Shown piece by piece: positions 50,820 through 62,800 of a DNA stretch of 64,000 nucleotides. The DNA is from Tubiluchus corallicola (lineage: Eukaryota > Animalia > Priapulida). The translations under genes were made by a program, and so were the position numbers. How positions within the stretch are numbered: position 1 is the stretch's first letter; every line of letters starts with the position of its first letter. Where the stretch lies: assembly GCA_030141605.1 (NCBI GenBank), contig JAQGDQ010000013.1, forward strand, positions 186,001-250,000. Direction: 5' to 3'. The notes under the pieces are model-generated. The model was not told where the DNA came from. It ran no database searches and saw only the letters and a list, made by a program, of their open reading frames with translations.

Positions 50820-53800
50820 ACTTTCCATTAATTTGTCAGTAGCAAATCTAAAACAAAGTTGCAGACCCATGGGCCTCATTCATTTAGACACTGTCAGTTA
50901 GAGTAAAAGATTTATTTTTCTATTTAATTGTTTATACCAATCCATTATTAATTTAGCTATTAGTCTACTCGCCATAATGTCTATAATGTTTACTGTTAGA
51001 TATTCACTTTGTGAAACAGGTTACATTAACAGCCGAAAACAAAACAAAATTTATGGTGAAATTTGAAAAGATGGTACAAAAACACAAGGGTACAGGTTGG
51101 GAGAGGCGCATTCGGTGTGTGCTAAAAAGCAAAGACGGAGGTAATTTTGTTTAACATTACATGAAGATCAGTTAGTTTTCTGGCTGCAGAGCTAGTTTCT
51201 AATAAACTAAACTGAATATTCTTATTCAGAGTAGTGTTTTACACTGTAAAATCTTTTATATTATAGTAAGGGTTTAGTTTGACTTTAAGTCTTCATTTTA
51301 ATCTTATTTTAGTGCCAAAAATGTGACATTTTTTTTCTATAAACATTGTATGTATACTTAACAAGGTTTATAATTTTTTTGGAAGCATATTATTACCAAA
51401 AGTGCACTCAGACTTGTTTTTAGTCATTGGTCATCTTTTTATCTAGTTTTGCAAAATTTCCGCCAGATGCTGACTTCTATCATATTTGCTGAAACGTAGC
51501 TCAGAAGTAAAATTAGATAGAATAGAAAAGGAAACTGTTTACAATAATTTATTGTGTTGGTGAGTTTTTTGTGTTTATAGACTTATAGTCACTTAGTAAG
51601 TCTGTGTTCTATAGCACTAATTTGTTGCAGAAAAGTATAGTATTATGAGAATATGGTTAAATGGAACCATGGTTCTATATGTAACTTTTTTATAAACATG
51701 TTCATTAGCGCAGTCAATCGTTTCACGCAACTGTCGTTTTCAATGTTATAAATAAAGCCAAAACAAATAATTAGTACAATTGTGATATGTTTATTATGCA
51801 CTAATGAACAACATGTTAATTTTTAGAGACTGGCTCTTTCATGTATTTTATAAACACTTTGGCACAGTTTAGGCTGAAATCCACCATTCTATGCCAGGCT
51901 ATATACAAACCAGGGCTGAAGTTTACAATTCCCCACACACAAGAAATTAGTTTGTGAAGAGGAGTAGGATTAGGGCTGGGGTTAGGGTTGACTTGGGGCT
52001 GGTGTTAGGGTTAATATTAGGGAATTTAAATTATGTGGGAGAATTTTAAACACCTTCCCAAAGCAAATGTTTATTTCACCGAATCCTGACTCATTGTCAA
52101 GAATGTTTCTGAAGTATAAGTGATTGAATCACCGGTAGAGATATCTCGACTATGTATATTGTAGGAGGTTAATAGTCATGATCAGTACGGCAAATGAAAC
52201 TTCCCGGAGTAAGTATTGAAAGCAGGCAGCCATGAGTCATTCATCGCACATGTATTCACTCGACTGTGAATCCTGCTATAAATGTAACAAGGATAGGCCT
52301 ATATTTGTGGACATTTGTAGCATTACTGAAAAGTCAGAATAGCTTGTACAAAATTCTGTGTGTTTATCTCAGTATGTTTTATCTAAAGCCAAACCACTCT
52401 AAAATAATTCAATTTAGTTACTAGTGTTACAGATTACCTGTTCTGTTTTATGCTGATCGTTAATGCTCTTTGAGTAGCGCTTATCTTGTGGATCTTCCCC
52501 TTCAACAGAAATGCAAATAAAATGGCGACTGGTGAAAGCAGTTTCTAACTTTGAACGTAATTGTACAAATGTAATTTTAACAGAACAGAGAGTGCTTATA
52601 TTTTCTTGGGCCATATTTAAGTCACCGATACAAAGGAATCATGAAACTGTTGTCGTTAAGTGAGTTAATTTTGAATTTTTTTGATTTTTAGATTTGTACA
52701 GCTGGCAATGGCAAGATGAGAGGAAGCAATGGAATTGTTATGATGCTCCTGATTCCATTCAACTGGAGCAGTGTTTGCTTGCCGGGGGTGGCGATGCTAG
52801 CACAGTTGTTTTGGGGAATGGATGCACGGTGGATGTAAAAAGCATGCAGCATTGTGATTCTGAAGCTACATACAAAGTTCAACGAGTAAAATCTAGTATG
52901 GTCCTAGACATTTTAAAATCTGTGAGCGCGGAAGCTGATACATTCTTTACTCTAGCTGTAAAAACTTGCACTATAAATTAGAATGATTATGTTAATCATT
53001 TTTATGCCAGTTTTTGAGAAATCAAAATAATTCTTGATTTTTTTTTGCTTAGAAAATCAGAACTTATTTGTTAGATGTACATCTTATTGTATGTTATTTT
53101 AGTTATACAATGTGCCACATATTTTCCAAGACCTTGGAAAAGCCGAGCTTGTTGAATTGTTTTCATATTTGATTCAACTGTCTGTTCTTTTCTTGACTGT
53201 TTGAATGCTTCTTAAATTTAAATTTAAAATTTACTGTTAACTATATTGTCTATAAGTTTGTCTAAAACTTCTATTTATAAATTATGGTCAGTCAGTTCAA
53301 ATGAAATTAACTTCTGCTACTTTTTAGATGGACAGTGAGTATGTTTATTAAACTTATGTCATTGTATGACTGTAATAATTGCATTTTGGAAAACTAGTTA
53401 GATATGCATGCTTTATTAGGTGCACCTGCTCACACAGCATCAACCCCAGCTCCTGTAACTCCCATTCCAGCCGGCGCTGTAGTAAGGAAGAGTGAACGTG
53501 CAAAGAAGAAAAAGAAGACTTATAACGATGACAATGATGCCGATGCTGAGGCTGGTACGTAAATTGCTTTATTCTGTTAAGCATAAAAAAATCAGCATAA
53601 GTCTCAGTTTTCTTGTTTTTACTCGCTGCTAAGTAAAATGTGTTTGTGTGGTACGGAAAACAAGCTTTTGCTGTCAGTGCATTGTCGGGTATTAACATGG
53701 TTATTATTACCTACGACTAAGGTATTACAGTCGTTCAAGGTGTTGCACTCGCCAGTGCTATGAATAATCATGTAGGTGTTTACATATGACACTATACCAC

Positions 53801-56800
53801 GCATGGAAAAGCTTGGCATTGCACCTAAAAGTTTCATTGGCAGTTGTGCAAGTGTTTGCTTATGCACTGGTGTGACTTGCATGATACCATAAAATTTTCA
53901 AGAAGCAAGTATTTGTGACGTCATACCTCGTATTATGTGTTATCTCGTATTTGGTAGTTGGGGGAAAACACTAGGGTAGTAGGATGGCATTGAACGTGGT
54001 AATGGAAAAAAGCTTACGCAACATCTACACTGTTACTTTATCATATCGAAATCATTGTGATCATCAAGCACCGACTTGAATAAACACTAGTGTGTACATG
54101 GAAAATAACCTGACTTCAGGACAACCCATTGTGAAAATGCGATCACGTCGAAGTTAAGTGAAAAAAAGTTTTTGCTGTGCAGATTTGGCCCGCGGGTTGG
54201 TTTCTGATTTAGCCAAATATTGGTATCTGCCTTGTAATTTATTATTGGATTAAAATGAATCAGTAGCTGCAGTTATCTAAAAATCTGGTATCACCCATCA
54301 TGAGCAACTACAGAGAGGCACTCTGTTGAAATGTAAAAAATAATATTGAAATAATGATAAGAATGTCATATTGTCATTCTTCCTATTCGAGTTATTACTT
54401 CTCAGTTAGCAGTCTTAGCAGTTTCATTTTTTGGTATTGTAATTTAAATTAGCCTATAATGTAAACTAAAATTAGAGAAAGCAAACAACAAGGATGCAGT
54501 TCCATTGTTTTTATTGTCACTATTGCTAGTCAGTAAGGGTAACTGACTTTGTGACTTTTTTGTCAATTTGCTACCCTACCTCGTTGACTTTATATTTACT
54601 TTATTAACACATTTATTATTCTGTTTATGTTTATATATTTTTATACTTGTATTCATTCCTGAAATGTTACAGAGAAAAATAAACTCGATTTAATTGGTTG
54701 AGTACAGTTATCGATGAAATGCTTTGCTTCTGGTTTACACATAAGTATTGTGAATATGGATTAAAGATTATCAGCAGTTGTTGGATTCTGTTCTTTGGCT
54801 TCCTAGATGATGATGAGGTTCCGGTGAAGAAGGCAAAGTCTCGAAAGAAACAGGAAACTCAAGTTGCTGATAGCGGTGTGTTTTATAATATTGCTGTTGA
54901 TATGTGCCAGTTTCTATGTTAGTGGATGTTGCCTTTTCAGTATTTTAGTTTTTATGTAGGTGATTTGCTTTAATTCAGTTGCTAAACAAAAACTGTTATT
55001 TTTAAATTCTGTATATTTTAGATGAAGATGTTTCAGTAAAAAAGCAAAAATTGTCGAAGAAACAGAAAGCAGTTGATAGCAAGGAAGATATAGAAGCTAA
55101 TGGTAAGTATGTATTTTTTGTTTATGTTTTCAAACGAAGTGATAATGTCAAAGATCTTTAATTTTGAGGAATTGTGATTATGGACACTAATTTGCAATTG
55201 AAAATGATCAACCCTGCAATGTATGTTGTAGCTGGCACAAAGTGGCCCCAAAAAGGATTTTGAAGTTAGGATCTGTGTTGTGTGACATGGGGAAAAACAA
55301 ATAGAGTGTAATAGACCAATTACTATATTATTTTCTGCTTGCTGAGTATTTTGCTAAGCATTTTTGGCTTTTGTCTGCATGAAATGCACGTCTGAAATGT
55401 ATATTATCAAGTATTTCGCTTACTAATACAGAAATTAGTTTAACATATGTTAGGTTTCTAAGGCTTAAGTTTTGCAGGTTGTATAGCTGTGTTGAACGGT
55501 TGCAGCCCAAATTGAAAATGCCTGCAATATACATATTTTATCGCAAGAGTTTTTATACTACTTCTAGATGTTTGTTCATCTGCAGTGACTCCGTCATAAT
55601 TATTTTTATAATATCCTATTTTTTCAAAGTTTTATCAATTTGGGCCTTTATTTCTGATCACTGATTATTTTTTCAGTTGACCAGCGCAAGTTGATTACAT
55701 TGCCAGCAGCATTTTCACCTTGTTTTCAGTAAATCCACAAAAATCTTGCGACAAATATAGCTGTCAAAATAAGAGTACATGAAAACCACTGTTCGTGCTT
55801 TTGAGAAACCCTCTCATCCAAGCGGCAATGTCATTGAGGTAAAACCAAGTGATGTGGTGCTCCCTTTGTATAGTAACTTAGCATTTCGCGCCTATTCAAA
55901 TGGGAAGGTTCGTATCAGCATGAACACATGGTTTTCATGTGCACCTACTTCTTCATAACATAACTGAAAAAATAATTATACTCGATTACCTATTGAATCT
56001 GTACCATATCTGTTTAGTCTAGTTTGAAAGTGCAACCGATATCCACAACTACTATGAAACGAAACTTATCCCACTACATTTTCAGCCTGTAACTACTAGG
56101 TATATTTTGAATCAGATTAACAGGTTTAAAGTGTAGTGGAAATCGCGAGGATGCATTTTTTCACAAGTTCAGTTTGTTAATTATGGGAGAAAATGGGAAT
56201 GGAAGGAAGCATTGAACTAGTGGTTACTAAATGTCGTTTTCTCTTTGTTGCAGTTAGGACTGTGATAGTGTCTGGGAAAGCTCCAGTTGATCCAGAATGT
56301 GTTGAAAAGCTGGGAAAGGTTCACGTTTATTATGAGAACAATGACATTTATGATGCTATGCTGAATCAGGTTGGTGTTTTAATTTTTTTATATTTTACGT
56401 GATACTTTTTCAAGTTTAAGCAAATCAGATTTTTAGACAGCTACCTCTTTTCTAGTTTAGTGGGACTGGACTAGTTCCTAAGCGTGACATCATAGCTAAT
56501 CAATGTTAGAAAATATTCCTTGTAGAAGTAGCTCTGAAGAAATACAGAACAACTCATTACAGTTCTGTATGTAAGTAACTTCTGGCATTGAACAAAAAAC
56601 TAATGAGGTGGGAAGATTTCTTGTTTTCAGAATAAACTTTAACCACATTTTGATAATAAAAGGTGTCAGAAGTTACTCGGGCATTAATTATTTCTTTTAT
56701 TATGAATGGAGAACTAAAGAGGAGCAGGCAAAAATTTATTTCTGCATTTGCCTGTAATTGTTGATTAATTGTTGATGAATAATTTGCCTATCCTTGGTGA

Positions 56801-59800
56801 TTATTGTCTGATGGACATTGACTTCTTCAACTGGCCATTTTACTTTTGCAGACGAATTTGCAATGGAATAACAATAAATATTATATTCTGCAATTGCTGG
56901 AGGACGACAATTCAAAATCATATAATGTTTGGTTTCGATGGGGTCGGGTTGGTAAAAAAGGACAGAACAGCCTCATCCCATGTGGTCCAGACATGGAAAA
57001 AGCTAAATCTGTCTTCAAGAATAAGTATGACACATCATCTTTTTGCACTTCTTTTATTTCGTTGTTGCTTTTAAGATTGTTTTAGCAGTGGGAGCAAAAG
57101 TCAGAATTTTTACTCATAAGATAACTGAGTTTTCTTAATTTTTGAGGCAGAATTTGGCTTCTCGTTAGTCAGTAATTTAAATGAAATTAAGAGCTCAGTT
57201 AATACATAATGTAAAGTAATATTTTTTGAAAGTTTGTTATTTTTCAAAAATTTGTGGACTTTTGATTTTTGCTTACTCAAACATTCGACTTTTTTCATGT
57301 GTAGCTGTAAATGATTATAGCGTCTAATATGTTCTTTAAGAATTTTTCTGTATTATTTATTACATTTTATTTTTAATTTGAAACTCCCTTTTTCTCTTTT
57401 ATTTCGATCTTTATCTTTCATATTGCAATAAATTGTGACTATTGAATAAGTAAACATTTAGAACGTAATTATTTTTTATATTAATTTTTATTCGCATTCA
57501 GACATACAAAAGTTCAGAGTACAAACAAAGCAATAATTACTGGTTAGCTTTTTGTGGTGGAGAAGTGATCTAGTTTACATAATACAAGTTTGTTCTACCA
57601 ACTATAGCAAAAATATTTTAACTGACGGTGTATGAATAAATTCTGCTGCTCCGAGCTCGGTATATATATATATACAAGGTGTTATCCGTAAATTTACTAC
57701 TTCATGCGACAAAAATAACAAAACAGAGATTTTTTGCTATGTAAATGATTGACGAGAAGTTCAAAAAAAGAGAAAAAGGTCTTTGCTAATGCAAACCTTA
57801 TTTTTGTAGATTTAAAGACAAAACCAAAAATGACTGGAACATGAGGAATGCATTTGTCAAAGTTCCTGGAAAATATGACCTTTTACAGATGGACTACAGT
57901 GTGGTAATTTGGGCAGTCTGATTTTGTTACTTGTAAACACTGTAAACCATAAAATTAGTGCGTGTTGGAAATGTTGGAATTTTGGGAGACGAGCCAGGTG
58001 CATACATTTTCAAATGCATGCATTACGCTAATTTTTAAATCGGTTTTGGAGCAGCATTTTGACTTTATTTCAGTTTATAAATCATAAACTACTGGATAAT
58101 GCTTGTACTAAGTTACCTGTGCAATCATAAGTGTTAGTGATTACTGATTAGGCAATGCATATTTCTTTTTCTCTTATCACAGCAACTTAAGCTACAACAC
58201 GTTACTTGCCATAGCAGATGCTGGTAAAAGTGTTGATTCTTAAATAAGCTAGTTCATTACTCCGCAGTATGTTTTACTGTGAAATGATTCCATGAATTTC
58301 TATCCATCTTTAATAGTTCGGTGGCTAAAAGCCATTTTTTGGCTGAACCTTGCACTTTCCGTGTAAGCTTTTTCTTGGCTGTTTTCCATGTTCTCATGGT
58401 CCCTTTCAAGAATATTTAGGGTGGCCCTTTGTCAGCTTTGAGCATTTTGAGATTTTGGACAGAAAAAGTTAACAATGGAAAAAGCATGTGCTGTGATATA
58501 CCAAAACTATTATCTAGATTTTCATTGAGCAATGATCATTTCGACTATTGAAGCCATTTTTGAACTATAAATCAAGCTAAAAAGAAGAATAAATAATATA
58601 TAAATAAATAATAATAAACAATGTCCTGCTGGATTTAGTCTCTTGTCACTTTCACATTGACATGCTGCTGGTCTCCCTTATTGTAGTTCCCACTTGTTGT
58701 AAATTGTGCAAAATGTAGAAGTTGTGTTTTATTCTTATAATGCTTACTGCTGTCGCTCTTCATTATGTAGACTTGTATTAATTGTTTGCCTGTTGTGTTC
58801 TTTTTTGGTTCTGGGTAATGTGTTCGGTAAAATTTTGTTCATTTCTCTTGCAATTTCTTCCGTTACAATCTAGTTTATTTTGATAAGTTGAATTCTAATC
58901 TGTAGTTTTCTAGTTTCAGTTTGTGCCTTTGTATTATTATTCTATTATTTATTCTTTTTGGCTTGATTTATAGTTTGATAATGACTTTATTAGCCGAAAC
59001 GATCGTCGCTCAATAAATGTGTTGATTCCTAGAAGCTGGACAAAACTATTATGATTAGGCAAATGAAACTGACATTGACGTAGAATTAAATTGGTAGCTA
59101 GTTTTTGACATACAGAATTTAAAAATTGGTCTACGATACGTACATAATGCATTATATGGGTACAGTAATTATTAGTTTTTGTAATAACTTAATATTGCTG
59201 TGTTAAGTTGAAGCGTGCTGCTTCGTAAAATTATAAGTGGTGTAGTTTAGAAAACAGCTAGAAATTTAGACATTTTTTCATGGGATTTGAGAAAACCATA
59301 ATTATAATTGCATAAATTACCCCACAAATCACGCTTACTGTTTGGTTAATAGTGTAAGTATATAAGATAATGTAATATATCTATTTAATTGCTTTGAGTG
59401 ATGTCTGATGAAATTATGAAAACATTAAACTTCTTTACTGTTCATAGTAATAGTTCAGTAGCCTAGTAATTAATTCTTTTTTTGTAATACGTAAAGATAA
59501 AATTGATTTCCCAAAGATATGAATCATACAGTGTCAATTGGTTCAGGAAGTTACATTAAGAGAGAGTTTTCCGGAGTGGACATTTTCCAGACTTTTCAAG
59601 GACATTTTGCTTGGCTGCTGCTGTACATTATCACATGTAACTTGTTTACTTCTGTGATAACATAGCAGTATACCAGTCTAGTGGGTGAGCATGTTATGAA
59701 TGCAGGCTAGCATCTCATAATGTGTTAGAAAGAATGAACACCTACTTCTGGAAATTAACTGTTGTTACTTTTCTATACAATTCGGTTAAGTGTCACATCA

Positions 59801-62800
59801 ACTAAGATGAATTACGATTTATTTTCGTTTAACTGCCCATCATTACCCCAGGTTACCATTGCAGATATTAAAGTGTATCGTCCCGATCTCTACTCTGTTC
59901 CAATATGTAAGCTTGCTTGCCGATTATTTATCAGATTGGGACATCTTTGGTCTTAAAATTCTCTTTTTTGTAATAGCCTTATTTTTAAATTTAGGATAAA
60001 AGTGACGAAGTTCAAGAAAAAACTGAGGTTAAACCAAATAAAGAGATAAAAGAAGAACCAAAGTCTAAACTTGATGACAATGTTCAGGTAACAACTTGTC
60101 AAATATTTTTTTGACAAAAGCTTTAGCTATCTTACTGATGAATTTTACATTTTGTTCAACAACTGATGAGGAAAAACTTATGATTCTGGTAACTATTTCA
60201 TGCACTTTTATAGACGTGTATATTGGTGATGCCTGATTGCATTACACGTGGTATTGTCGACTGTCTGTGCCAAGTTGTTTACCTCAGATTTGACATACGC
60301 TGATAATGAAAAACTTACACAGCTGAATAGAACATTCGAGTTTGCCGTTAGCTAAGTTTTGCATATTTAACTACCTAAATATGCAAGAGGCTAATATTTA
60401 GAAGCTGAAGCTGAGTCACTTGTTATTACATCAGCTGACTTGCACAGTAAATCAGCTAGCTCGGCTGAGGTTGACTGGCTTTTCAGGTGGTTTGGCTTAA
60501 AGAAAAAAAATCAGCTATGTCAGCTAAAGCTACGAATTTTTGTTAACTAACTAAATGATAAATTGTTAGTTAACAGTTAAATTATGGAGACAACTTTTTT
60601 AAATAATTCATGTTGCTTATACACATAAAAAAGCTGACGTACAGATTCAAATAATGCATTAGAGATAAATTTTTTAATATTATAAAAAAGCAACGGATTT
60701 ATTTCAAAATAATTTAATTCCAACTCTTGGCAAAGCTGATCTTAACCAAAACACCAAAATAATCCTATACGTGTGACTAACGTTGCCTATTTGTCTATTT
60801 AATTTTGAATTCACTAGTTTTCTCATTCAGAAATTTCTGAAGTTTAGTATCTCTGCCAGCAAATGCGTTTGCCATATTTCAACCAGTGATTTCATCTTCG
60901 TCATCACCTCTGGAGTCACGCGTCCTCTGACACTTCAGACCATGGTGCGCTGTCACCTGCAATCTCCCATGTTTCTGTATTTTTCGTATCTAATGGTGTC
61001 TGGTTTCAGTGAAATTGATGTAAGTCAGCAGTTGTCCTACTTGTGGTTTCTTTTCTTTCTGCAATGATTTGTAAGAATTTTGTAACGCCTTAGCGGGGCA
61101 TGAATTGCATTATTCAGAATTACATCGAGTGATTTGCAGTGTTGTGTGATTTTCGCAAGGGCGAAAATCTTCGCAGCCGGCAAAAATGTCGGCTAGCTCG
61201 ACTCCCATCACTGAGCAGCTGGCGGTATTAAAGCTGGGTTTCTCATTCGCTAGGTCGGCTCTAGAAATAAACCGGCTGGATCTCAGCTGAAACGCGGCTC
61301 TGGGCACTGCTAATATTGTGCAGCTGATAGCATCTATAAAAGCAGCTGTACTTATAATAGAATTAAGAGTTAATTTTGTACAAAATTAAGCTATATTGTG
61401 GAAAATTAACAAAAGCGCACTAGTGGATTGATAATTTGCAAGCAAATGAGCTATAGCACAATGAATCTACAGCGCAAGATTAATTTGTTGACTGTAAATA
61501 GAGAATGTACTGTGAATCTAAATGAAATGTTCTTACTTATTGTTTGTCCTTTAGAGTTTGATTCAGCTAATCTGTGACATTAAAGCCATGGAAGATGCTG
61601 TGATGGAGATGAAATATGATTGTAAGAAAGCACCATTAGGTAAGGAAATTGTTCATAAAATTCATTGATGGTAAGAAGTTATGTTACTATTGTGCATGCA
61701 CTATTTACTGTCATGAGAGCTAATCAAAGAAGTTGTGTTAGTTATGTGACCTGCTTATAGTTTTCTTTTCAGCCTTTTTTCTTTTGCCATTGATAAATGT
61801 AAGTTACATAAGTTTTTGTGGACAGTGTTTTAGTACTTTTTGTGGATGGGGAACTATAGGGATAGACTGTAATCACTTGAAGCCATGTCAGGTAAGCGGA
61901 TGCAATTTGCGCACAGAGCATGCAGTCTTATTTAAATGGTAGGAGTTGGTAGGCAGTATCCCTACATTAAATTTTCCTCTTTATTTATCAAACTTTTCCT
62001 TGCCTAAATTGAAGTTATTCCTCCTGTTTTGAGAGAAATTATAGAGAACAGTATATTCAACTTTTCTCTCTACGTTTGCTCAAATTTGGTGGGGCCAGGA
62101 ATCCTCATAGTACACTGAAGGATTAATATTCGATTAAGAGCATTAAGATTAAAGTACATGTTATACTTTATGATGACTCAGTGGTAAAATGTTGCTTCTT
62201 ATCTGGGAGATTGGTTTGTTTCGCAAGAACTTCGAATATCAGACCAAAAGCAAAGCAACTGGCTTTTGCGGTGTCTCTTCATTGGGCATTGGTAGTGTTA
62301 TGCACAATGTGGCAGTAGTTTGGGTAGCAGTTATTGCACTGTAAAAAATCATTCTTGTCAGAAGAGGCTTTTTGCAAAGGCTTTCCTTTTTTGAACTGCC
62401 TTCAAATGCGACAGTCAGACTGTTCGTCGTTTTCCTGTATGTCGTTGCCCATGCTAATGAGTGTAGTTAAATTTTTCGTAGTGCTAACTGTTCTAATCTG
62501 TATTAGGGTTTAATTTAAAGAATTTTTGCAGGAAAGTTGACGACAGAGCAGATTCGAGCTGGTTATGCTGCACTGAAGAAAATAGCGTCCTTAGTAGACA
62601 GTGGGCAGACAACAGGCTCAGCCTTGATACAAGCATGCAATGATTTCTATACCAGAGTACCTCATGATTTTGGGTATGTAATATTTAAGATATTATAAGA
62701 GATAGTATTGCAAATACTTCCCTCATTTGCTGTGATTGTTGCCTTTGCTGTAAAGCAGCTGTACTTGCGAGATCTCGTCGAGTTTTTTTTGTCTTAGAAG

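Noticed and set aside
50676-50879. Poly-Asn/Asp ORF
   Set aside because: Antisense translation of the (ATT)/(ATC) microsatellite.
53677-53697. miR-33-like GTGCATTGT
   Set aside because: Only the first 9 nt match and the host is not SREBP.
58580-59270. Possible minus-strand LINE RT tail
   Set aside because: Strand-biased composition is suggestive, but no convincing protein motif could be read.
62172-62250. tRNA gene
   Set aside because: A-box-like start only; no B-box consensus or cloverleaf, so called a SINE remnant at most.
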